NCBI GenBank assembly: GCA_023388605.1
Contig: JAEWFX010000021.1
Location: forward strand, 1-50,782
Direction: 5' to 3'
DNA from: Bacillota bacterium
GTDB taxonomy: Bacteria; Bacillota; Clostridia; Saccharofermentanales; DTU023
Length of the DNA: 50,782 nucleotides
The position numbers and the translations under genes are program-made. Positions 33,696 through 42,360 of this stretch are shown here, piece by piece. The stretch's first letter is position 1, and each line of letters begins with the position of its first letter. Below the pieces are notes generated by a model. That model saw only the letters and a program-made list of their open reading frames with translations, had not been told where the DNA came from and searched no databases.

Positions 33696-36311
33696 ATGAA
33701 AGAGAATAATCGTCAAATTGCGGGTAATATATTAAATTGCTTGAGTGTTAAACCTCACACGCAGCGAGAGATAGCAAAGGATTTAGATCTATCTCTCGGT
33801 GCAGTCAACAAACATTTCAAAGAATTATCTAAGTTAGGGTTTATCGGATCTGCAAACCAAATCACTGCAGCTGGTCAAACCTATCTAGATAACTCACGCA
33901 CTGCTAAAGCCATCATCTTAGCTGCTGGTTTCGGCATGCGTATGATACCCTTGAACATCGAGACTCCCAAGGGACTCTTAGAAGTACGCGGCGAACGACT
34001 GATCGAACGACTGATCAATCAGCTACAGGAACGCGATATCAAAGATATCACTATCGTCGTCGGCCACCTCAAAGAGAGCTATGAGTACCTGATCGATAAA
34101 TTCAATATAAAACTGGTTGTAAATCCGCTATATTCCACTACTAATAGTCTGACTTCGCTAGTCAAAGTTATCGATCGCCTCGAAGATAGCTATATCTTGC
34201 CTTGCGATCTTTATTTTGTAGAAAACCCTTTTCGCCATCATGAATTTTCTTCTTGGTATGGAATCACCGAAGAACTTACTAAGCACAGCGATTTTCTAGT
34301 TCACCAACGCCTGAGACTGCATCATAAAAAACAAGCAAAATCTGGAAATCATCTATTGGGTATCGCCTTTTTCCATCGTGACGATGTAACTGATTTAAGA
34401 GAACAACTACTAGCTCCTAACAGTGAAGAAAGCGAAGAATGGTTCTGGGAAGATGCCTTGATCAAAGGGGATCAATTCGCCCTGCCTGCACGCCTATTCT
34501 CCTCCGACAAAGTATTTGAATTCAACAGTGTCAAAGAATTGCGTCGCTTCGAGACTAAACAGCTGGAAGAAAACCCTATACTCAACATTATCGCCGAGCA
34601 ATTACAGGTATCTATCGAAGAGATAAGAGATATCAAACCGCTGAAACACGGTATGACCAATCGTTCTTTTGATTTTCGACAAGGCGATCAGCAATACATC
34701 ATGCGCATACCTGGTGAAGGCACAGAAAAATTGATGAATCGCCGACAAGAAGCTGAAGTCAACAAAGTTCTGCAAGCTAATGGTCTGGCACAAGAATTAG
34801 TGTTTTTCAACCCTGAAACAGGTCATAAAATCGCGCGTCGCTTGACCGACGCTCGTAACTGCGACGCTACAAGCCAGAACGAAGTCGCTCAAGCGATGCG
34901 CTTACTCAATGATTTTCATCAGTTAAAACTACAGGTCGAGCACAAATTTGATCTTTTCGGTGAGATCGAACACTATGACCAATTGTGCGGCGATGCCAAA
35001 TCTATGTTCAGTGATTATCGCAGCACCAAAAAGCATATATTCAGTCTAAAACCCATCATCGAATTTCTATGCGAACCTCTACAACTGTGTCATATCGACT
35101 CAGTACCAGATAATTTCATCTTCTTCACCAATCAAAAGGGTGAAGGGGAATTGACCATGATTGACTGGGAATATGCTGGTCTGCAAGAACGTTATGTCGA
35201 TGTGGCGATGTTCGCCATCTATGCAGGCTACGACGATTTAGCTTTTGATCGACTGATCGACGCTTATCTGGCTGCTGAAGAAGCAAACCAGCCTGGTAGA
35301 CTCCGTGATCCTTATCCTACTCTGCCCTATTTCAACACTGCTGAAGTCATACGCTTCAAAATCTACGCCTACGCCGCCATAGCTGGCTTGCTGTGGAGCA
35401 ATTGGTGCGAGTACAAACGCCTCTTAGGTGTAGACTTCGGCGAGTACACCATCCTGCAATACCGTTACGCCAAAAATTATTATCGTAAACTCATAGCAAG
35501 TCCCATCTATCAGACTGTGCTAGTTTTGCTGAATCAAAAAAAATTAGAGAAAAACTTCTGTGCCACTGGATCAATTGATGTTTCGAACCTGCCTGAAAAC
35601 TCTGATGTTACTGAGCCAATCACTCAGGCTATCATCATGGCCGCAGGACGTGGCGAACGCTTACGCCCTCTGACTGAAACTACGCCAAAGCCCTTGACTT
35701 CTCCTCAGGGCAGACCCATGATCGAAAATCTTATCGAGCAATTGCTCGCGAAAGGTATTCAGAAAATCCACATCGTCGTCGGTTATTTAGCAGAACAATT
35801 CGATTACTTGAAAGATAAATATCCTAGCGTAAATCTCCATATCAATCCGCACTATGCTGAGTGTAACAATATCTCTTCGCTGTATTGTGTACGCGAGGTA
35901 CTGTACCATGGGGCGGTTGTCATCCTTGACGGCGACCAGATCATCAACGATACCAGCTGTCTCAAAACGCGAGTTTCCCAATCTGGTTACAGCTGTTTTT
36001 ACACTGCTGAACCCACAGATGAATGGGTGTTAAATTGGGATGAGTATGTCTTATCGTGTCAAATCGGTGCTGACCGAGGCTGGGAACTCAAATCTCTCTC
36101 CTTCTGGTGCCAAAAAGATGCTGAGCAATTAGCAGATGATGTGAGGGAACTGTTTGAATCTGGAAATACGTCGATCTACTGGGACAATATCGCTTTGTTT
36201 GAGCGGCCAGATAATTATCATCTGAACATTCATCCCATCTCTGCCGATGCTATCACTGAGATAGATTCATACGAGGAGTATTTAGCTTATACCAAAAATA
36301 ACGTACTGTGA
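33696..36311 (+). CDS. Four-module fusion: winged-HTH, LicC-like nucleotidyltransferase, choline/ethanolamine kinase (LicA-like), and LicC-type CTP:phosphocholine cytidylyltransferase
   Basis: The N-terminal 'HTQREIAKDLDLSLGAVNKHFKEL' is the HTH. NT domain 1 has 'AIILAAGFGMRMIPLNIETPKGLL'. The kinase has 'HGMTNRSF', 'CHIDSVPDNF' and 'IDWEYAG'. NT domain 2 has 'AIIMAAGRGERLRPLTETTPKPL', 'VGYLAEQFDYLKDKY' and 'IYWDN', which closely resemble pneumococcal LicC as I recall it. Confidence 0.75.
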   Translation: MKENNRQIAGNILNCLSVKPHTQREIAKDLDLSLGAVNKHFKELSKLGFIGSANQITAAGQTYLDNSRTAKAIILAAGFGMRMIPLNIETPKGLLEVRGERLIERLINQLQERDIKDITIVVGHLKESYEYLIDKFNIKLVVNPLYSTTNSLTSLVKVIDRLEDSYILPCDLYFVENPFRHHEFSSWYGITEELTKHSDFLVHQRLRLHHKKQAKSGNHLLGIAFFHRDDVTDLREQLLAPNSEESEEWFWEDALIKGDQFALPARLFSSDKVFEFNSVKELRRFETKQLEENPILNIIAEQLQVSIEEIRDIKPLKHGMTNRSFDFRQGDQQYIMRIPGEGTEKLMNRRQEAEVNKVLQANGLAQELVFFNPETGHKIARRLTDARNCDATSQNEVAQAMRLLNDFHQLKLQVEHKFDLFGEIEHYDQLCGDAKSMFSDYRSTKKHIFSLKPIIEFLCEPLQLCHIDSVPDNFIFFTNQKGEGELTMIDWEYAGLQERYVDVAMFAIYAGYDDLAFDRLIDAYLAAEEANQPGRLRDPYPTLPYFNTAEVIRFKIYAYAAIAGLLWSNWCEYKRLLGVDFGEYTILQYRYAKNYYRKLIASPIYQTVLVLLNQKKLEKNFCATGSIDVSNLPENSDVTEPITQAIIMAAGRGERLRPLTETTPKPLTSPQGRPMIENLIEQLLAKGIQKIHIVVGYLAEQFDYLKDKYPSVNLHINPHYAECNNISSLYCVREVLYHGAVVILDGDQIINDTSCLKTRVSQSGYSCFYTAEPTDEWVLNWDEYVLSCQIGADRGWELKSLSFWCQKDAEQLADDVRELFESGNTSIYWDNIALFERPDNYHLNIHPISADAITEIDSYEEYLAYTKNNVL

Positions 36312-37542
36312 TCGCTCTATACAGCAAATCTACCCCCAGCGAAAACGATACTAACCAAGCTAGACTCACGGGCGATAGATGTCCAGTCAGATAAAGGGCG
36401 AGCATCGCTACAACATGCAAGCAAGAGCTGACATAGATGGAGTAATTGGCATGCTTAGTGATACCTATGGCAGTCATGGTCGGAAAGCCTAAGAGATAGT
36501 CGGGCAAAGTGAAGATGGCAGCTGGCATCAGGGCACGTAAAATACTGCCTGCTGGACGGAAGGCAACACCGAAGATCAACTCACTTATCTTTTCAGCGAA
36601 GACAAAAGTGATGCCGCAACCTACGATGATCACTGGCATCAAGTAGATCAAAACTTTTTTGATCAACTTAAAATCCTTATTTTGCGACATATAAGGATAG
36701 ATACTGTCTGAGATCGGAGTCAAAGATTTTTGTCCCGAAGTCAATAACTTATCCGCCACGCTGTAATATCCTCTCATACCTGGTGCGATAGAACTGACGA
36801 TGATCAGGTTGAGACTGGAATAAACTGTACTCGCTATGCAGGACAAGAAAAAACTACCCGAAGTACGCATGGTCCGCCAGATCGCTCTAACACTCACCCG
36901 ACGCAGACAGATACGATAGGTTTTATACAGATAGAGTACAGACCAGAGCAAGGCGATCAAATTACCTATGGTCATCAGTATGGGTAGCAGGTAATAATCT
37001 TCAGGCGAACGCAGAAAAACTACCAGCAATACAGTGAAGATCAAGCGTGCGATAATCACCCGCATGGTGACTGCAGCCATCTGCTGTATACCTCGATAAA
37101 CAAAATCTGGTACAAGAGCATTAAAGGCTGTACTCAAAAGAAACCAGAACAAAAATCCTCGATCTTGACCGTATGCAGGCACCAGATCACAGAGCAACCA
37201 GAGCAATCCAAACGATATCGAGATCATCAAGTATTTACCTAATTGAACTCTAGAATAAACTTCGTTGATCTTCGCGTGATTCTTCACCTGGTCAACTGCT
37301 AGCAAAGCGATCTCTTGTGTACCAGAGATCAAAAAGCCGAAATCGATCATCAGCTGAAAATACACCATTATCGCCGTAGCGATACCCACTTTGCCGTAGA
37401 GCTCAGGCCCTAAAACACGTGTCTGATAGGGTATCGTAATAAAAGAAAATACATAGGATGACGCTCGCAGCAGATAGAGCATCAAGGTATTCTTATAGAC
37501 AATACGACGACGAAGATTATCAGCTGAGCGAAACTTAAACAT
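36253..37542 (-). CDS. MOP/Wzx-type polysaccharide (or teichoic-acid) flippase
   Basis: A 429-aa protein with about 12 hydrophobic segments. It is the last gene of the glycan operon. Its 3' end overlaps the convergent fusion gene by 59 nt. Confidence 0.6.
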   Translation of the reverse strand: MFKFRSADNLRRRIVYKNTLMLYLLRASSYVFSFITIPYQTRVLGPELYGKVGIATAIMVYFQLMIDFGFLISGTQEIALLAVDQVKNHAKINEVYSRVQLGKYLMISISFGLLWLLCDLVPAYGQDRGFLFWFLLSTAFNALVPDFVYRGIQQMAAVTMRVIIARLIFTVLLVVFLRSPEDYYLLPILMTIGNLIALLWSVLYLYKTYRICLRRVSVRAIWRTMRTSGSFFLSCIASTVYSSLNLIIVSSIAPGMRGYYSVADKLLTSGQKSLTPISDSIYPYMSQNKDFKLIKKVLIYLMPVIIVGCGITFVFAEKISELIFGVAFRPAGSILRALMPAAIFTLPDYLLGFPTMTAIGITKHANYSIYVSSCLHVVAMLALYLTGHLSPVSLAWLVSFSLGVDLLYRAITVRYFWYKLNTPRMNLSQ

Positions 37543-37545
37543 ACG

Positions 37546-38226
37546 CTAGGAGATAACTGCTTTCAACGTCTGCAACAGGCAGAGAAAATCTTTTTTGAGC
37601 GAAAACTCACGCAATTGCTCGAGATTGATCTGCATTTTGGCTGGCAAAACTTGCTCAATATAGACTTGTTGAGCGTCCTTAGCATCGGCCAACAAGCGAC
37701 TTTCATCCTTGTATTCGATGGAAGCACGCGAAGTCACACCTGCAGGTAGGAGCAGAGTAGCATACATCTCAGGCTGATATTGTTCAACGAATTGGGTGAC
37801 CTCTGGACGAGTGCCGACGAAGCTCATTTGTCCGAGCAGAATGTTAAATAATTGCGGCAACTCATCGAGCCTGTATTTACGTAAGAAGGCTCCCACTGAA
37901 GTTATACGCTGATCATTGTTGACAGTCACTTGTGAACCTGATTCTGCCGCGGCGACCCTCATGGTACGAAATTTGTAGATCTTAAATTTTTTGCCATAAC
38001 GAGTTACACGCACTTGAGTGAAGATTGCCGGCCCAGGAGAATTTAAGCGGATGTAGGGAACCAAGATCAGCATGACTGGGGACAGAATGATCAACAAGAT
38101 CAAAGCCCCCAAAAAGTCGAAGATACGCTTAAAAAGCAAACTGAAAACACGTCGGCGCAGGATCTCATAGTACGGCGCCACCGCAGAATTCTGCATCTCA
38201 GCTGGCAGATCTTCCCACTTCTTCAT
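37546..38226 (-). CDS. Small monotopic phosphoglycosyl transferase (bacterial sugar transferase, PglC/WbaP C-terminal type)
   Basis: 'KRIFDFLGALILLIILSP', 'KFRTM', 'DELPQLFNIL' and 'MSFVGTRPE'. Confidence 0.8.
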   Translation of the reverse strand: MKKWEDLPAEMQNSAVAPYYEILRRRVFSLLFKRIFDFLGALILLIILSPVMLILVPYIRLNSPGPAIFTQVRVTRYGKKFKIYKFRTMRVAAAESGSQVTVNNDQRITSVGAFLRKYRLDELPQLFNILLGQMSFVGTRPEVTQFVEQYQPEMYATLLLPAGVTSRASIEYKDESRLLADAKDAQQVYIEQVLPAKMQINLEQLREFSLKKDFLCLLQTLKAVIS

Positions 38227-38230
38227 CTAT

Positions 38231-39442
38231 TTAGTCTAGACCCAATTCTCGCAAAACTTCTTTGGCAGCACTGCATACTTCTGCCACTTCCTCATCAGTC
38301 ATCTGACTGTAAAGAGGTAAGGTTAAATGGTTGTGATAAAAATTATAAGCATTCGGGAAATCCTTGATGTCAAAACCCAAATTCTTATAAGCAGTCAGCA
38401 TCGGCAGCGGTTTATAGTGAACATTACAGCTGATTTCACGCTCTCCCATCAATTCTATGAAGCGATTGCGAATTTTCTCATCAGCACCATCGATATGTGC
38501 CACGGCCAAATGTGCACTGGAACGCATATTCTCAGTAGTGTGCGGCATAATGCGGATCTTAGTACCGGAAAACTCACGCTGATATGTCTCGATCACGTGG
38601 TGACGAATATCTAACATCTCCTCATAACGCCGCAATTGTGACAATCCCAGCGCTGCCGTGATATCCATGAGATTACATTTATAGTAAGGTGCTACGATAT
38701 CGTATTCCCAGGCTCCTGATTTAGTCTTCGCCAGGGCATCTTTGTTCTGACCGTGCAGAGAAAGCAACATAAATTGCTTATATATATCTTCGTCGTCGAT
38801 TCCTGGTATAGTTCTCCAGGTGACAGCTCCTCCTTCTGATGTGGTCAGATTCTTGACAGCATGGAAAGAAAAATTGCTGAAATCAGCGATGGCACCTGCA
38901 TAGACACCATCTTTGCGTGCACCCAGTGAGTGAGCTGTATCAGCTAGGATGGCGACGCGGCCCAGAGCTTGTTGTATCTTGTTGTCGCTGGCTGTGAACA
39001 GATGTTTCTTCGCTTCGACAATCTCAAAATATTTAGCGTAGTCGACGATCATGCCGGCATAATCCACAGGGATGATAGCCTTGGTGCGTTCTGTAATGGC
39101 AGCTGCAAGTAATTCTGTATCCATCTCAAAACTGCCTGGCTTAGAGTCAATCAATACAGGTGTAGCTCCAACATGGCAGATAATGCTACAACTAGCAGAA
39201 TATGTGTAGGCAGGGACGATAACTTCATCGCCAGGGCCAATACCTAGCAGATGCAAGGTCATCTCAGCAGCCATAGTTTGAGAACTCATGGTAGCCGTCT
39301 TGCTAGTGCCATAATATTCAGATAACTCACGTTCAAATTGTTTGGTTTTAGGACCAGTGGTAATCCAGCCAGAAGTCAAAACCTCGACTACTGCTTCGAC
39401 ATCTTCAGGTCTGATATCTGGTTTGACAAAGGGGATCGCCAT
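38231..39442 (-). CDS. DegT/DnrJ/EryC1/StrS-family sugar aminotransferase (PglE-like nucleotide-4-keto-6-deoxy-sugar aminotransferase)
   Basis: 'IPFVKPDI', 'SGWITTGPK' and the PLP-lysine context 'FSFHAVKNLTTSEGG'. Confidence 0.8.
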   Translation of the reverse strand: MAIPFVKPDIRPEDVEAVVEVLTSGWITTGPKTKQFERELSEYYGTSKTATMSSQTMAAEMTLHLLGIGPGDEVIVPAYTYSASCSIICHVGATPVLIDSKPGSFEMDTELLAAAITERTKAIIPVDYAGMIVDYAKYFEIVEAKKHLFTASDNKIQQALGRVAILADTAHSLGARKDGVYAGAIADFSNFSFHAVKNLTTSEGGAVTWRTIPGIDDEDIYKQFMLLSLHGQNKDALAKTKSGAWEYDIVAPYYKCNLMDITAALGLSQLRRYEEMLDIRHHVIETYQREFSGTKIRIMPHTTENMRSSAHLAVAHIDGADEKIRNRFIELMGEREISCNVHYKPLPMLTAYKNLGFDIKDFPNAYNFYHNHLTLPLYSQMTDEEVAEVCSAAKEVLRELGLD

Positions 39443-39444
39443 AA

Positions 39445-40083
39445 TTACCTCCGTGCATTCAACTCATTTACTAAGTCGATAACATCTGCAGGTTTTTCTA
39501 AATGATAGTCGCCCTCGGGCTCATAGCCAGGAATTACACCCCAGCCAGCGACCACACCGATGCAACCACTGGCTTTTGCACAACCCATATCTGCTGAACT
39601 ATCGCCTATGAACACAACTTCTTCAGCCTTGGCATCTGCTAGTTCATAGTATTTGAGCATGGGATCTGCTGCAGGCTTAGCATTGGCGACATCTGAAAAA
39701 CAAACAGTGGCTGTAAAATAATCTAGCAGCTCAGAATCTCCAAAATCCAGATTGAATTCATGACGCTGACGATTGGTCACAATACCTAAGGTATAGCCTT
39801 CGGCATGGAGATGTTCAATCACCTCTCGCATGCCAGGGAATAGATCTCCCGACTTACCGATCTCAACTAATTTCTGCACCCATAGTGCCATCGTTCTCGG
39901 GACATCTGGGCAACCTAGATGCTCTAGAGCTCCCTCTGAGGAATGGCTGAATACTTCTGCTAAATCATCAGGATAATTGCCGACACCCATTACCTCGTCT
40001 AAGGCTATACGCAGAGCCTCTTCCAAAATATGACGTGTATCCAAAAGTGTGCCGTCAACATCAAAGACAATATGTTTGATCAT
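39445..40083 (-). CDS. HAD-superfamily hydrolase (phosphatase, PGP/PpaX-like)
   Basis: Motif I 'VFDVDGTLLD', motif II 'GIVTN' and motif IV 'FIGDSSADM'. The start is the ATG at 40083, overlapping the comFC stop (TAATG), with GGGAGA upstream. Confidence 0.75.
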   Translation of the reverse strand: MIKHIVFDVDGTLLDTRHILEEALRIALDEVMGVGNYPDDLAEVFSHSSEGALEHLGCPDVPRTMALWVQKLVEIGKSGDLFPGMREVIEHLHAEGYTLGIVTNRQRHEFNLDFGDSELLDYFTATVCFSDVANAKPAADPMLKYYELADAKAEEVVFIGDSSADMGCAKASGCIGVVAGWGVIPGYEPEGDYHLEKPADVIDLVNELNARR

Positions 40084-40898
40084 TATATTCTCCCAGTAGT
40101 TAAAGCTAGACAACAAACATGTTGGTACCCTGCTTGATTGAGGGTACGTTTAGCTTCAAGCAGAGTTGCTGCTGTCGTTACGACGTCATCAAATAATAGT
40201 ATTCTATCAGTTTTCAAAAGGCTTACTCCAGTATCCACCGCAAAAGCTTCATGGATATTCGCTTTGCGAGCCGCCGTCGACTGCAATTCGCTCTGCCTCT
40301 CTGTATCACGAATTTTCTTCAAGAGATTCACTATCTCTATTGGCTGTCTTGACGTCAATTGTTCCAAAATCAAAGTCACTTGATTGTAGCCGCGTTCATG
40401 TAGACGTTTTTCGCTGAGCGGTACCGGCACAAAAGTTATCTGTCCACGCCATTTCCTCAGAGGTAGACACTTCTCTAAAATCTCGGCTAAAACTAAACTC
40501 TGGCTGCGATCTCCGTGGAATTTCAATTGCAGCAGAGATCGTTTGATCGGATCTTTGTACTCAGTTAGGGCCATCACCGAACGGTCAAAACAATAGTTTT
40601 TCGCTAGGTCAGACCAACTGATAGTCTGACGCGTCAAAACATCTCGCCACGGAAAGATCAGAGGCAAATCTCTGAGACAAGATCTGCAGATATATTCTCC
40701 TGCTCGTTCATTCTGTCGCCTGCTCCCATAATCCAAACTACGCCATAACTCAGCACAACTCACATCTAAAGTTTGCCGACAAAAAGCACAAGCTCTGGGC
40801 TGTAGCAGAGAAGATCTAGAAGCTGATACTCGACTCTGAAATTCTGATGAGCCTGTATTGAGACATCTATTGAAAATAGTTGCGGAAAAGTTCCACAC
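40083..40898 (-). CDS. comFC: ComF-family protein (ComFC-type phosphoribosyltransferase-domain protein)
   Basis: N-terminal Cys pairs 'CAFC...CRSC' and the C-terminal PRTase motif '[14 protein letters not shown]'. The GTG start lies inside the metK 3' end. Confidence 0.7.
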   Translation of the reverse strand: MWNFSATIFNRCLNTGSSEFQSRVSASRSSLLQPRACAFCRQTLDVSCAELWRSLDYGSRRQNERAGEYICRSCLRDLPLIFPWRDVLTRQTISWSDLAKNYCFDRSVMALTEYKDPIKRSLLQLKFHGDRSQSLVLAEILEKCLPLRKWRGQITFVPVPLSEKRLHERGYNQVTLILEQLTSRQPIEIVNLLKKIRDTERQSELQSTAARKANIHEAFAVDTGVSLLKTDRILLFDDVVTTAATLLEAKRTLNQAGYQHVCCLALTTGRI

Positions 40899-42075
40899 TA
40901 TCTGTTTTCTCCCAAGGTAAATCTAGATCAGAGCGTCCAAAATGACCGTAGCTCGCGACCTGACGATAGATGGGACGACGCAATTGGAAGCGTTCGATAA
41001 TCGACTTGGGGTCGAGGGCTATATTCTTTTGGATCATCTCTGCGAGTTCAGTATCACTGTGCTTGCCTGTACCAAAAGTATTGACATATAACGAAACTGG
41101 TTCGGCGACACCGATGGCGTATGCGAGCTGCACTTCACACTGTTTGGCTAGACCTGCAGCTACGATATTTTTTGCCAGGTAACGAGCGGCATAGGCAGAT
41201 GAACGATCCACTTTAGTCGGATCCTTACCAGAGAAAGCTCCACCGCCATGACGAGCAAATCCACCATATGTGTCAACGATGATCTTGCGACCCGTCAAAC
41301 CAGAATCTCCCACTGGTCCTCCCACCACAAAACGACCGGTAGGATTGATCAACACCTTCGTTTTTTCATCGAATAACTCGCGCGGCATGATAGGTTTCAA
41401 AACTAGCTCGTAGACTTCACTCTCCACTTCTTTAGCCGTCGCACTGCTGATGTGTTGAGTGGAGATAACCACCGTATCGATATGTACAGGCTTGTTATTG
41501 TGATACTCGACCGTCACCTGAGACTTGCCGTCAGGTAAGAAGGTTTTAGCCTTTTTGCTTTTACGCATATCGGCCATCTGCTTGGCTAATTTATGCGCTA
41601 AAGTTATGGGCAATGGCATCAACTCAGGCGTATCGTCGTTAGCATAACCAAACATCAGACCCTGGTCGCCTGCACCCAACTCTGCCTTGTCGCTTACTTG
41701 ATCGGAGACGAGACCACCTCTTGCAGAACCGCTACGCAATTCGTAGGCACAATCCACTCCGCGAGCTATATCTGAAGATTGATCGTCGATGGTGACGAGC
41801 ACAGAGCAGGTGTCGGCATCGAAGCTAGTCGATTTATCGGTATAGCCGATCTCACGGATGGTGCGGCGAGCAACACCTGCGATATCTACATAAGTCGAAG
41901 TTGTAATCTCACCCATGACCATCACTAAACCCGTAGTCGCCACAGTCTCACAGGCAACTCTGGCCTCTGGATCACGGCTCAGAATTTCATCTAAAACTGC
42001 ATCAGAAATCTGATCACAAATCTTGTCTGGATGTCCCTCAGTCACAGACTCAGACGTAAAAAACCATTTGTTCAT
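40867..42075 (-). CDS. metK: S-adenosylmethionine synthetase
   Basis: '[18 protein letters not shown]', '[12 protein letters not shown]' and '[16 protein letters not shown]'. Confidence 0.95.
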   Translation of the reverse strand: MNKWFFTSESVTEGHPDKICDQISDAVLDEILSRDPEARVACETVATTGLVMVMGEITTSTYVDIAGVARRTIREIGYTDKSTSFDADTCSVLVTIDDQSSDIARGVDCAYELRSGSARGGLVSDQVSDKAELGAGDQGLMFGYANDDTPELMPLPITLAHKLAKQMADMRKSKKAKTFLPDGKSQVTVEYHNNKPVHIDTVVISTQHISSATAKEVESEVYELVLKPIMPRELFDEKTKVLINPTGRFVVGGPVGDSGLTGRKIIVDTYGGFARHGGGAFSGKDPTKVDRSSAYAARYLAKNIVAAGLAKQCEVQLAYAIGVAEPVSLYVNTFGTGKHSDTELAEMIQKNIALDPKSIIERFQLRRPIYRQVASYGHFGRSDLDLPWEKTDSVELFRNYFQ

Positions 42076-42110
42076 ATTATTCCTTTCACTGGGACAGAGA
42101 GATACAATAT

Positions 42111-42202
42111 CTTATCTTTCAAATCCCTTAAGATTTGCCGGAATTAGCACCAACTAGGTTGCCGGGCTTCACAGGGCCGTTCCCTCCACCTCTCTCGATA
42201 AG
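42111..42202 (-). promoter_or_regulatory. SAM-I (S-box) riboswitch aptamer upstream of metK
   Basis: The minus strand reads CUUAUCGAGAGAGGUGGAGGGAACGGCCCUGUGAAGCCCGGCAACCUAGUUGGUGCUAAUUCCGGCAAAUCUUAAGGGAUUUGAAAGAUAAG. This is a near-textbook match to the S-box consensus: P1 CUUAUC/GAUAAG, GAGGGA, GGCCC...CCCGGCAACC and GGUGCUAAUUCC. Confidence 0.93.
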
Positions 42203-42227
42203 AATTGAAATGAAATCAATTGCAAAC

Positions 42228-42256
42228 AGCATAACACTTAGCAATGAGTTAAACAA
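42228..42256 (-). promoter_or_regulatory. Putative metK promoter
   Basis: Minus strand: TTGTTT (42256..42251), a 17-nt spacer, then TGtTATGCT (-10 at 42233..42228). It lies about 25 nt upstream of the riboswitch P1. Confidence 0.45.
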
Positions 42257-42268
42257 ATATTCTCGCTC

Positions 42269-42301
42269 TTTGACACATTTCGACCATTTTGACATATTTC
42301 G
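42269..42301 (+). repeat. Tandem 14-bp direct repeat TTTGACA(C/T)ATTTCG x2 (5-bp spacer) in the metK/tad divergent region
   Basis: 42269..42282 and 42288..42301 are identical at 13 of 14 positions. Each copy carries a TTGACA -35-like hexamer. The first copy is 17 nt from CATATT (42293..42298). Confidence 0.6.
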
Positions 42302-42320
42302 CTTATTTTTTGTGTTCAAA

Positions 42321-42336
42321 CTCAGCCTAGGCTGAG
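42321..42336 (+). promoter_or_regulatory. Perfect 16-bp palindrome CTCAGCCTAGGCTGAG, 24 nt before the tadZ-like ATG
   Basis: The sequence is exactly self-complementary. It could be an operator or a 5'-UTR hairpin (6-bp stem, 4-nt loop). Confidence 0.4.
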
Positions 42337-42360
42337 GGTGAAAACAGCGAGGAGGTCATC

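Noticed and set aside
33597-33716. A 40-aa N-terminal extension of the YhaO-like ORF (MTIILFHIRSICSQ...).
   Set aside because: The conserved phosphoesterase N-terminus 'MKFIHTADHH' starts at the ATG at 33596, preceded by a perfect GGAGG. The extension would run through the divergent promoter.
42128-42335. Two opposing ORFs (42128..42319 minus, 63 aa; 42135..42335 plus, 66 aa) upstream of metK.
   Set aside because: They lie on top of the SAM-I riboswitch and the metK/tad promoter region. They have no RBS and low-complexity translations, so the RNA element explains the sequence.
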